From the IMG/VR virus record IMGVR_UViG_3300035390_000014, positions 138,720 to 202,719 of that record: a stretch of DNA of 64,000 nucleotides, one strand, 5' to 3'. Positions 48,686-57,645 of the stretch are shown here, piece by piece; positions within the stretch are counted from its first letter, which is position 1, and the number at the start of each line of letters is the position of its first letter. Under the pieces are notes generated by a model. That model was not told where the DNA came from. It saw nothing but the letters and a program-made list of their open reading frames with translations, and made no database searches. Source of the stretch: a virus (taxonomy: Duplodnaviria > Caudoviricetes). The translations under genes were made by a program, and so were the position numbers.

Positions 48686-48967
48686 TTATTTACATGGTAA
48701 TGGTTTAAGATCACCCCATGTATCTGGTTGATTGGCAATCCAATACATTCTTCCATTTATTTCAATTACCTGGTTTCCGGCTATACATTTAATCCCATGC
48801 AAAACATTTTCTTTATATTCAATAATTTTTGGAGTGGGAATCTCTACAACTTCCTCAGTATAATTTTCATCTACAGAGTTATCTCTATGTTTAATAACTT
48901 GTGGAATAGCAATTGCAGCAAGAATTCCAATAATTACTATTCCAATTAGATATTCTATAATATTCAT
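48686..48967 (-). CDS. type IV pilin-like N-terminal helix protein
   Basis: MNIIEYLIGIVIIGILAAIAIPQ matches the pilin FTLIEL..IIGILAAIAIPQ helix. Confidence 0.7.
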   Translation of the reverse strand: MNIIEYLIGIVIIGILAAIAIPQVIKHRDNSVDENYTEEVVEIPTPKIIEYKENVLHGIKCIAGNQVIEINGRMYWIANQPDTWGDLKPLPCK

Positions 48968-49024
48968 TTTTACCTCCGGTAAAATTTGGGGATCCCGATA
49001 ATATCTGGGACCCCCAAGATTAAA

Positions 49025-49762
49025 TTAGAATGTTAGGTTCTGGGAAGGACCTCCAGTACCAAGGTTCTGACTCTGAGAAGAAATGGACTGACTAACAAAT
49101 CCAAATACTTTAGCCGCCTGTGCAGAGGTCATACCACCAACATCAACAAATTGATCAAGACCAATATCCTTGACAAAAGCATCAAGGTAATCTCTAATCT
49201 CAGATGCATAAGATGATTTGGTATCATAGAATCCAATAACAATGATCTTAACAGATTCAAGAATTTCTTTCATCTTAATTTCTTCAATCTTATCAACTAT
49301 GGATTGAGCTCCAAGAGTTGAAGCATTGTCCATACCATCAGTATAAACAAATACTATTCCATTGGTACCGATATCAGATTTATCCAGGACTTCTGCATAT
49401 TTCTGAATTGCAGCAAGACCATTGAACACAGCATCATAAAGACATGTAGACCCACCAATTGACTGGGAGGGTTTGTAATCATCTTCATCAATTTCCATAA
49501 CCGGTTTAAATCCATGATCTTCTTCAATCCTGGACCCGAACTTTGTATAGTGAATCATCAGTTTATCAGCACGAGGACTTTTCTTACATGCCTGATTTAC
49601 CAATTTCTTTCCATCACACATAATACCACGTACACCATTTGTTGAAGGACTTACATCCTCGGCAATTGATACCAGTGTGTATTCATCTTCAGGGTTTGCC
49701 ATATCTTCAGGGTCAACTCCAGAAAAACCAAAAGCATTATTCTCAGGTATTTCAAATTTCAT
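49025..49762 (-). CDS. vWA domain protein (TerY-like)
   Basis: AEDVSPST, GGSTCLYDA, VYTDGMDNAS. Confidence 0.75.
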   Translation of the reverse strand: MKFEIPENNAFGFSGVDPEDMANPEDEYTLVSIAEDVSPSTNGVRGIMCDGKKLVNQACKKSPRADKLMIHYTKFGSRIEEDHGFKPVMEIDEDDYKPSQSIGGSTCLYDAVFNGLAAIQKYAEVLDKSDIGTNGIVFVYTDGMDNASTLGAQSIVDKIEEIKMKEILESVKIIVIGFYDTKSSYASEIRDYLDAFVKDIGLDQFVDVGGMTSAQAAKVFGFVSQSISSQSQNLGTGGPSQNLTF

Positions 49763-49774
49763 ATTTATATCTCC

Positions 49775-50578
49775 TTATGCAAGAAATTTATCGCTCGTTG
49801 TAATGTTGCCACCAGCTGCTTTAAAATCAGCAATGAAAGAATCACCAAGATTTTCAAATCCGGTTACATTTGACATTGTATCTTCAAGAAGATAAAGTTT
49901 CTTGATATACACTGGATCAGAGAAGTTTTCCATGATATCCCTGACTGTATTGGCAACACAATGACTTTTGGCTTGACCAGCAATTCCAACAATATCAGCT
50001 TCCTCAAGAGGTTCGATAAGACCTTTATTATTCAATCCAGTTGTTGAATCTTCTGGATCTACGACCTCAGCTTTAACAGCAGAGTAATGTTCAGTCTTAA
50101 AGTTAGACCCTTTTGTAATTGGTCTAAAACTTCTATAGGTTTCTCTTTCCCATTTATGAATTGCAGCCATAATGGTAGGAGTCATCGCCCATCCAGGAGT
50201 TCCAATAAGACAATGGTAAGGCCAAATTACAAGAGGGTATCTTCCACCATCTTCAAGTGCTTGGGTATAATGAAGTGCCCATAATCTCAAATTTGGATCC
50301 ATTGGAATGATATCACCATTGTCAACATCTGCATATGTAATCAAATCAAATGGATTAACCGGGGCACCATCTTTTCTAATCCAAAACATGGGGTGGAAAA
50401 TCTGATACTGACTATGACTATCAAAAGTCACATAAATCTTTTTGAGCCTTTCCATCAATCTTTCAATCATCGTGGCTGTTCTAATGGAGTCTTCAACTGC
50501 ACCTGGAACAAAGAGTGTTCCCCAATCTGCATTACAAAAGTCTTCCTGCGGGTCAATAATCAATAATCTTGCGTCCAT
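49775..50578 (-). CDS. nicotinamidase/isochorismatase-family cysteine hydrolase (PncA-like)
   Basis: LLIIDPQEDFC, TFDSH, WPYHC, KG..EHYSA, GQAKSHCV. Confidence 0.8.
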   Translation of the reverse strand: MDARLLIIDPQEDFCNADWGTLFVPGAVEDSIRTATMIERLMERLKKIYVTFDSHSQYQIFHPMFWIRKDGAPVNPFDLITYADVDNGDIIPMDPNLRLWALHYTQALEDGGRYPLVIWPYHCLIGTPGWAMTPTIMAAIHKWERETYRSFRPITKGSNFKTEHYSAVKAEVVDPEDSTTGLNNKGLIEPLEEADIVGIAGQAKSHCVANTVRDIMENFSDPVYIKKLYLLEDTMSNVTGFENLGDSFIADFKAAGGNITTSDKFLA

Positions 50579-50591
50579 TTTTAAATCTCCT

Positions 50592-50984
50592 TTAAACTTG
50601 TTTTTTCAAGTTTAATTTAATTAATAATTCTAACTTTTCATTAGTTCTATGATAGTTTGTATTCAGATTTATATAAGCATCATCATACCCACCACCGCCA
50701 CAATCAAATTCACAAATAAGAAATAAATTTAATAAAGCATACATACCACCCATCTTCCTACTATCACCAGAATATTGAGCAATATAATATACTCCATCTT
50801 CCTTTAATTCTTTAATTGCATCATAAAGTTCAACTCCAGCTTCTTCAACAATATCATCAATATCTTCTTCAAGACTACATGCATACTCTTTTAAATATTG
50901 TTGATAAGATTTTTTGTCTTCTTTACAATAGGTAAATGTAAAATAATCAGGTATATAAAAAACTCGAGCAGTTGCTCCACTCAT
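50592..50984 (-). CDS. hypothetical protein
   Basis: AAGGAG RBS. Confidence 0.5.
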   Translation of the reverse strand: MSGATARVFYIPDYFTFTYCKEDKKSYQQYLKEYACSLEEDIDDIVEEAGVELYDAIKELKEDGVYYIAQYSGDSRKMGGMYALLNLFLICEFDCGGGGYDDAYINLNTNYHRTNEKLELLIKLNLKKQV

Positions 50985-50999
50985 TTTTTCTCCTTTAAA

Positions 51000-51440
51000 T
51001 TAAGCTATCTTTTCTAATTTTACATCACATGGTGAATAATAAATAAACCCATTTTCAAACACCCTTGAATAATAATATTCAGAACTTCCCATTAACACAT
51101 AATTGAGATCCATAACAATATCAAGGATCTCTTCTGGTTCAGTTTCTCCTTTATTTATTAAAGGTTTATCAGAGGCATATTTTATTACAATATCCTGTGC
51201 TTTATCTTCATTACCTTCATTGAAATTACCAATTCCACCATCACCATTATTACATGAAACAAAGATATCTTTACACATTTGAAGTACAGCTAATGCATAA
51301 TCTTTATTGTCAACTGTTATGGTTCTGGTTCTATAGTTATCACCATCATTTTCCCATGAAGTGATACTAATAGTATAACCCTTTTTTACTGCAAGTATTT
51401 CATCCAATATCAATACCTCCAAATAATTCATCAATACCAA
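51000..51440 (-). CDS. hypothetical protein
   Basis: ITSWENDGDNYRT motif; the true start is probably a TTG downstream of the listed one. Confidence 0.55.
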   Translation of the reverse strand: MVLMNYLEVLILDEILAVKKGYTISITSWENDGDNYRTRTITVDNKDYALAVLQMCKDIFVSCNNGDGGIGNFNEGNEDKAQDIVIKYASDKPLINKGETEPEEILDIVMDLNYVLMGSSEYYYSRVFENGFIYYSPCDVKLEKIA

Positions 51441-53223
51441 CTATTTTAATTCCTTTCTTTTTAGCTGATTTTGTTTTGTTAGATTCCTTTGTGGGGTCAG
51501 CAACTACCAATATCTGAGTATCTTTACTAACCTTGTCCATGATCTCATACCCACCTTTCGCTCGCAATAACTCATAGTAGACAGATTTCTTCTCAGGAAA
51601 TTTGCCAGTGAAACATACCTTAATAAAGTCATCATAATTTTGGACAACTTCTTTCTTTTTCTCAGGAAGTAATTTACCAAGTTCCTCTAAATATTTATAA
51701 TTTTTATAAATTCCATCAATGATAGCCATTCCTCTTTCTTTTCCAATGTTTGGAAGAGCTTCTAATTCTGTTATGTGCATTCCTGATAGTTGAAGCAGAC
51801 TTCTTTCAGCCAAAAGATCTTTACTAAGAGAACGACCAATACCAGGAATATTTAAAGCTGCAAGCAATTGCCACTCAAACACTCCAAGACCTTTCACTTT
51901 ACTAATTTCATAATAAAGATTGTTAGCAGAAGTTTTTCCAAAACGAGGCATTGACTCAATTTGAGCTAATGATAAGTTGAAAATATCAATGAGATTCTCA
52001 ACACCCAAGCTATCCATCATCTTTTGAATAGTTGGTTTACCAAGTCTATCAATACCAATTCTAATTACAGCATCAGACAATTTATTTAAAAGCTTTCCTG
52101 GACACTCACTATTGGAACAAGTCAACTGAGGGTCCACATATGTCAATTCAGACCCGCATACAGGACATGGGGGTATCACAATCGGTGTTCTATTGTCACC
52201 AGGTTTAGAATCAGAGATATAAGGAATAACATCTCCAGCCCGTTCAACTTTAACATGATCGCCAATATGAAGATCTCTATCAAGAATATTTTTCCAGTTA
52301 TGCAAAGAAGGACTTGCAATTGAGGCGCCACTTATTTCAACAGGATCAATTTTTCCAACAGGGGTAATATCATGTTTACCAGGACTGAACTCAATATCTC
52401 TTAACACCGACCATTCAAAAGGATTTTCAAATTTGAATGCAATTGCTGATTTAAGATGATGACTTGTTGCTCCAAGAGATTTAGCATAATCATTATCTGC
52501 AACTCTAACAACAATACCATCAACCGGAAAGTTCATTCCTTTAACATCTTCAACAAGGTTTACCCATAAACTTTCGCCCATGGCTTGAAGTTCAGTAAAT
52601 GTGTAATCAGTATAAACATATTCAAAGTCAACAAATGCAAGAATCTTTACTGGCGTCATATCATCACGACTTAAGATACCACCAACAGCATTTCTTTCAT
52701 TCTTATAATTTTCACCACTTTTTCTGGTGATGGTTCCTTTGATTTCCTGAAACTTTGATTTTGTAAAAAGTATTTCTCCTCTCACATTATCATTATCATG
52801 ATTTTTCAAAATATTCATAAAAGCAAGTTTGTCAGTTATATCTTCTCCAATCTCACCATCACCCCTTGTTGCTAGAACTCCATCCATTAACTGACCAGAC
52901 ACACCGTCAAGTTTTGGCATGACTCTGAATACTTCTTCTAATGTCCTTGCATTTTTTGAACACCACTTAATAATTTCATTATATGAATAAGCTTTATCCA
53001 AACTGAGCATCTTAACTGAATGGGTAATCTTGCTGGACGAATCAACTTTTGGTGTACGAACCTCTTTTAAATATTCGTTGTCAGGTTCAATTTTCAAAAG
53101 TCTATTTACAATTTGATCATATTCAGGATCATTTATAAGGGGTTTATTTAAAACCCAATATGAATGGTCATGAGCTTTAATTTCATTTTCAATTTGAATT
53201 GCTTCTGCAGTCCTTTTTGTCAT
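51400..53223 (-). CDS. ligA: NAD+-dependent DNA ligase
   Basis: N-terminal HDHSYW..DPEYD, KLDG, VRGE, DGIV, AIAFKF, VERAGDVIP, Zn finger, HhH, BRCT. Confidence 0.93.
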   Translation of the reverse strand: MTKRTAEAIQIENEIKAHDHSYWVLNKPLINDPEYDQIVNRLLKIEPDNEYLKEVRTPKVDSSSKITHSVKMLSLDKAYSYNEIIKWCSKNARTLEEVFRVMPKLDGVSGQLMDGVLATRGDGEIGEDITDKLAFMNILKNHDNDNVRGEILFTKSKFQEIKGTITRKSGENYKNERNAVGGILSRDDMTPVKILAFVDFEYVYTDYTFTELQAMGESLWVNLVEDVKGMNFPVDGIVVRVADNDYAKSLGATSHHLKSAIAFKFENPFEWSVLRDIEFSPGKHDITPVGKIDPVEISGASIASPSLHNWKNILDRDLHIGDHVKVERAGDVIPYISDSKPGDNRTPIVIPPCPVCGSELTYVDPQLTCSNSECPGKLLNKLSDAVIRIGIDRLGKPTIQKMMDSLGVENLIDIFNLSLAQIESMPRFGKTSANNLYYEISKVKGLGVFEWQLLAALNIPGIGRSLSKDLLAERSLLQLSGMHITELEALPNIGKERGMAIIDGIYKNYKYLEELGKLLPEKKKEVVQNYDDFIKVCFTGKFPEKKSVYYELLRAKGGYEIMDKVSKDTQILVVADPTKESNKTKSAKKKGIKIVGIDELFGGIDIG

Positions 53224-53233
53224 TCTGTTCTCC

Positions 53234-53656
53234 TTATATATCTTCTATTGGTATAAACCATGTTTGCCAGGTAGACCCATAAACATGCTTTTTTAATTTA
53301 TGTACTGATAAATTTTCAGGTATATTTTTAATCTTTTTATATTCTCCCATACCAACTCTATCTAATACTTTAGCTAATGTTAAATATCTTCTATATTGAT
53401 CAACTGTAGTTTGGCATGCAGTAATACCACCTTCTACAACTTCAATAGTATATACACATGATAATAAATCATGCCTATTAAATAAAGCATTACGATCTAA
53501 GTTATTAATATAACTTCTTAATAAATGCCAGATCGGTTCATTGCGATGGGTTCTAATTCTAATTGCTTGTTCATGATACATACCCGGTTTCAATGTTAAC
53601 AATTGTTTCTTTTCACAATTAACTCCTCTAGCTCGAGAAAACATATTATGCTCCAA
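53234..53656 (-). CDS. hypothetical protein
   Basis: ORF track. Confidence 0.55.
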   Translation of the reverse strand: MEHNMFSRARGVNCEKKQLLTLKPGMYHEQAIRIRTHRNEPIWHLLRSYINNLDRNALFNRHDLLSCVYTIEVVEGGITACQTTVDQYRRYLTLAKVLDRVGMGEYKKIKNIPENLSVHKLKKHVYGSTWQTWFIPIEDI

Positions 53657-53996
53657 TCAATTCCTTTTCAATTTTGGTTAATACATTATGCCAAGCATCA
53701 TGTGAGGATGCTACAATTTTTGATAGTGTTTCTAAAACTTTTCTTCTTTCTTTGGTTGAATCTATTTCATAAACTTTGTCACCAAGAAAATCTGAAAGAA
53801 AACCTTCATCATTCCATAGAACATCTGCGAAAGCTCCAGTTTTATCTCGGATATTTTTATCTTCCATAATACCGACTAATTTTTTATCGGTATCATTCAT
53901 TGGATAGAAATCACCTTCAATGTAATCATCAACTTGAGCATCAGCACTTTCACCAGCAGCAGTTTCAACATATTTCTTAATTTCAGCAGCGTTCAT
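53646..53996 (-). CDS. hypothetical protein
   Basis: AAGGAG RBS. Confidence 0.55.
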   Translation of the reverse strand: MNAAEIKKYVETAAGESADAQVDDYIEGDFYPMNDTDKKLVGIMEDKNIRDKTGAFADVLWNDEGFLSDFLGDKVYEIDSTKERRKVLETLSKIVASSHDAWHNVLTKIEKELIGA

Positions 53997-54013
53997 TCTT
54001 CTTACATCTCCTT

Positions 54014-54193
54014 TTAATTATATGGTATAATTTTTAATAAATTATTTAATACCAACAGACTTCCCAATCCCAGAAAGAATGGAATAACTTTAAATATAAT
54101 ACTTGATTTTATATTATCAGTATGCATAATTAATGAACCACCAATCAAATAAATTCCAATTATAATCAAAGTTACAATATTAAATATTTCCAT
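54014..54193 (-). CDS. small membrane protein
   Basis: Two TM helices; start trimmed to MEIFN. Confidence 0.5.
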   Translation of the reverse strand: MEIFNIVTLIIIGIYLIGGSLIMHTDNIKSSIIFKVIPFFLGLGSLLVLNNLLKIIPYN

Positions 54194-54860
54194 CTTCAAT
54201 CTCCTTTTCTGGCAACCAACACCACCATCTATCAATTGCCCATCTCGACATACTTAAAGCAGTCCATTTAGTTTTATCATACAATACTCCAGTTTTATAA
54301 TAATGCCAATGACCAAAGTACCACAATTTAGGTTTATAAATATCCCATAGTTGAGACAAAGCTAAATTGGATGGTTCATAGTCCTTACCACTATAATGCT
54401 TAATCATTTCAGGGACCAATTCATAAGGACATGTATGAGTTATAAAAATATCAATTTCCATATCAGGTAAATTCATCATATCACCCTGATTAATTGTTTC
54501 TTCTGGAAACCAATCAATACCAACCGTCCTTAAATGTTTATCTATACTATGAGCACCTCCCATAAATAAAATATTTCTACCATCTGGTAATGTATATGTA
54601 GAACCCCTTGGCATATAAATAATACCTGGTTCTATTTCATCATTTTTTCTTTGTTGTAATGACCAATGATCCTCATGATTTCCATCACACCATAATAACT
54701 TAGCGCCAGCGAGTTTTATATTAGAAAATTGAACACCTTTTTGATTTGGCCAATATCCAAAATCTCCGCAAGCAATAATTAAATCTGGTTTTCTGCGATT
54801 AATGAGAATATTCAATTTTCCGAACTCACCATGAACATCTCCTACTATCATTATTTTCAT
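54180..54860 (-). CDS. calcineurin-like metallophosphoesterase
   Basis: GDVHG, GDFG, DGNHED, THTCP, FGHWH. Confidence 0.88.
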   Translation of the reverse strand: MKIMIVGDVHGEFGKLNILINRRKPDLIIACGDFGYWPNQKGVQFSNIKLAGAKLLWCDGNHEDHWSLQQRKNDEIEPGIIYMPRGSTYTLPDGRNILFMGGAHSIDKHLRTVGIDWFPEETINQGDMMNLPDMEIDIFITHTCPYELVPEMIKHYSGKDYEPSNLALSQLWDIYKPKLWYFGHWHYYKTGVLYDKTKWTALSMSRWAIDRWWCWLPEKEIEDGNI

Positions 54861-55531
54861 ATAATCCCCTTTAATTTTAAATAAGAAGATACTGTATCAG
54901 GTACTAATTTAGATATATCTTTTCCTTCTGTAATCATTGATCTAATCATAGTTGAAGATATATTAGTTTTAGGAGTTTCTATAATATAAATATCTGGATC
55001 TCCAGACTCAGCATTTTCAAACATTTCCACACAATCTGGATGATCAATTGATGCATATCCAGGACCAAATTTATCCAATAAATATGAAGAATATTTATCT
55101 GAATCATATTGATCTTCTCTTATCATGACAATAAGACCATCTATATAACTAGAAAAGTTTTTATATTGCTGCCATTCATGAATAGTGAAAAATGAATCTG
55201 AACCTAATATAAAAAACAATTCATCATCTAAATTATATTCATGATCCAAATGTTTTAATAAATCATATGTTTCATTAGGAACATCACTATCTACTTCAAA
55301 TGTTGATAATGAAAATGAATTATTTTTTAATACATCCATATCACCCAAAGTATATGCAACCATAACATATCTATCAAGTTTATTTAACAAAATACAATTT
55401 TTATGAAATGGTTGTCCTGATGGAACAACTATAATTTCATCAACTATGTTTAAGTTTCTGATATATGTTATAACATCTATATGACCATTATGTAGAGGGT
55501 TGAATGTTCCTCCAAAAATACCTCGTTTCAT
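54857..55531 (-). CDS. nadD: nicotinate-nucleotide adenylyltransferase
   Basis: GIFGGTFNPLHNGH, VPSGQPFHK, FILGSDS, ISSTMIR, LVPDTV. Confidence 0.92.
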   Translation of the reverse strand: MKRGIFGGTFNPLHNGHIDVITYIRNLNIVDEIIVVPSGQPFHKNCILLNKLDRYVMVAYTLGDMDVLKNNSFSLSTFEVDSDVPNETYDLLKHLDHEYNLDDELFFILGSDSFFTIHEWQQYKNFSSYIDGLIVMIREDQYDSDKYSSYLLDKFGPGYASIDHPDCVEMFENAESGDPDIYIIETPKTNISSTMIRSMITEGKDISKLVPDTVSSYLKLKGII

Positions 55532-55542
55532 TATTTTTCTCC

Positions 55543-55785
55543 TTACCACATATCTTTATGAGCATCCCACCCTGGACCTTCATAATCAATTTCATCACGT
55601 TCCCTTCTTTGACTCATATTTATAAAAGCTTTATACTGTCCTGTTTGTTTTTCTTGCCATCTAGCTTTACATGACTTAGAATAAAACAAACCCCAACCTC
55701 TATTTATATCCGCAACGCGAACCATTTTCTTTTTACCGCAACCACATTTGCAAGTTATCTCTTTTGTCTTACCTCTAACGGTCAT
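55543..55785 (-). CDS. small Cys-motif protein
   Basis: CKCGCG...RGWGLFYSKSCK. Confidence 0.55.
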   Translation of the reverse strand: MTVRGKTKEITCKCGCGKKKMVRVADINRGWGLFYSKSCKARWQEKQTGQYKAFINMSQRRERDEIDYEGPGWDAHKDMW

Positions 55786-56216
55786 TTTTTGAATACCTCC
55801 GCCATTAATTCACCTCTAATCTGCATTAGAATATTACCTAATACATTATGTTTATCTTTTTTGAAGCATTTGTCACATGAACATGATCCCCAAAAATTAT
55901 CATGCCATCTATTCCCTTCGATCAATTTTGTTGGGAAAGTATCAATCAATTTTGTTTTTAAAGTTAAATCTTTAAACTTTTCTCTAACCAAATCTGACAT
56001 AACCTGAATTTTAATTTTTTCCCAATCTTTTCTTAATGGAGCTTTTTGTCCAAGACGTTTAGCTTTACCTGGAGTTAGAGTATTAAGAATAGCGGTTCTC
56101 CATCCAAGATCAAGAGTTTTAGAAGCTTGGTACATATGCTCAACTGTTGATCCATCTTCTCCTACAAAGAAATTACTTAAAAATTCATAATTACCACTAA
56201 ATGAATCAATCGTCAT
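55782..56216 (-). CDS. NADAR (YbiA-like) protein
   Basis: FLSNF, EHMYQASK, LRKDWE, LIEGNRWHDNFWG, NVLGNILMQIR. Confidence 0.88.
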   Translation of the reverse strand: MTIDSFSGNYEFLSNFFVGEDGSTVEHMYQASKTLDLGWRTAILNTLTPGKAKRLGQKAPLRKDWEKIKIQVMSDLVREKFKDLTLKTKLIDTFPTKLIEGNRWHDNFWGSCSCDKCFKKDKHNVLGNILMQIRGELMAEVFKK

Positions 56217-56601
56217 GATCTTTTCTCCCTGCACATTTAGTACATATAGTTTTAACCCAACCTACTGTTTGTCCAACATCTTTAGTAGAACCACATACTT
56301 CACAAATATTCATTGACATACTTTCAGCAAAGTCTATTTGACCTCTTTGATAATCATCAGAAGCATTTACATAAAATCTTAATCCTCCAAATTTTTCTTT
56401 AACTTGGATAGCTTCAACTTGAGGATATTCATTTTTATCAGTATTAAATTGAAGACATTCACATAATTTATCTATCAACATATACCAACCATCGTCGCAT
56501 TCTAATCCCCAACACAATGATGTTTTGGTAGAAGGTAAATCTTTTTGAATAAATATCTTTGGGTATTTCTTAAATAATTTTTCTGTTAATTCATGATTCA
56601 T
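56206..56601 (-). CDS. conserved phage hypothetical protein
   Basis: ECDDGW, QVKEKFGGLRFY, ICEVCG motifs. Confidence 0.7.
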   Translation of the reverse strand: MNHELTEKLFKKYPKIFIQKDLPSTKTSLCWGLECDDGWYMLIDKLCECLQFNTDKNEYPQVEAIQVKEKFGGLRFYVNASDDYQRGQIDFAESMSMNICEVCGSTKDVGQTVGWVKTICTKCAGRKDHDD

Positions 56602-56665
56602 TTTTTAAACTCCTTTTATTAGTATTTTAAATATGTTCCTATATATGTCGATATGTTCCTTTATT

Positions 56666-56681
56666 AGAACATATTATAAAT
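56666..56681 (+). promoter_or_regulatory. phage promoter motif AGAACATATTATAAAT
   Basis: Exact motif at the strand-switch point. Confidence 0.7.
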
Positions 56682-56719
56682 TAAATGTTATCAATTTATG
56701 AATCAAGGAGGACACAGAT

Positions 56720-57340
56720 ATGGAAATTGATCTAAAGTATCCTAAAGGTAAAAACGGTAAAGCCGTGTGTCAAGAGTGTGGTGGTGAATTTATGTTAATC
56801 AGTCCAGCTCATTTAAAGAAACATGGGATCACCATGGCCGAGTATAAGTTGAAATACCCTGGTTGTCCAGTCTCTGGAGCAGAATATAAAGCAACTAAAA
56901 ATGTATATCATGATAGTATTCTATTTAAAAATGATGAAGGACTTCCATCTGAACCATTAGATGATGATATAGCTTTGGCTGAATTATCAGAAGGTATATA
57001 TAAACATAGTATTTTAAATCTAGAAGGTGTTTCAAAAAACAAAGCTGATATATTAACTTTCCTTCATGATGCCTATCCATACTTAGAAGATAACTATAGT
57101 ATTGAAAAAAGACATTTCCATGATGAAAGTTTGTTATGGAAATATATAACAGATATGGCTGATCCAATTAAAAAAGTTATTTTTGATTTTCCAGATGCTT
57201 TTTGGCATAATGAAGATGCATATCCTGATCCTCAAAAGTATGATAAACTAAGGGAAGACGGTTGGATAGTTATTGTTGTTGATAAACATTATCCTACTGC
57301 ACAAGATGTATACCAAGACACTGATATTATAAGCGACTAA
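56720..57340 (+). CDS. Zn-finger (MucR-like) plus degenerate nuclease domain
   Basis: CQECG...AHLKKHGITMAEYKLKYP; FDFPDAFWH..LREDGW. Confidence 0.6.
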   Translation: MEIDLKYPKGKNGKAVCQECGGEFMLISPAHLKKHGITMAEYKLKYPGCPVSGAEYKATKNVYHDSILFKNDEGLPSEPLDDDIALAELSEGIYKHSILNLEGVSKNKADILTFLHDAYPYLEDNYSIEKRHFHDESLLWKYITDMADPIKKVIFDFPDAFWHNEDAYPDPQKYDKLREDGWIVIVVDKHYPTAQDVYQDTDIISD

Positions 57341-57546
57341 GATACTATTATGACTAGAACATATTATAAATTGCCAATCAATTATGATCTTCAATTATTA
57401 AATACCTATGATGTTACTTGGGGTGGCTTATTTCATACATAAGTCACCCCAAATTTTCCGTTGTAATAATCCATTATGTTATATTATGTATTAATATATA
57501 TAGAATAACTTTCTTAAAAATATGGTGCCAGCATGTATAATGTAAT

Positions 57547-57562
57547 AGAACATATTATAAAT
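57547..57562 (+). promoter_or_regulatory. phage promoter motif heading the tail/radical SAM operon
   Basis: Exact AGAACATATTATAAAT; no terminator-like hairpin seen from here to the window end. Confidence 0.65.
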
Positions 57563-57645
57563 AATTGTAGAATTTAGTGGTTTTTACCACTTTAAAAACT
57601 TAAAAGTTTAAAAATTCACTAGAAAGAATTTAATTGGAGGAAAAT

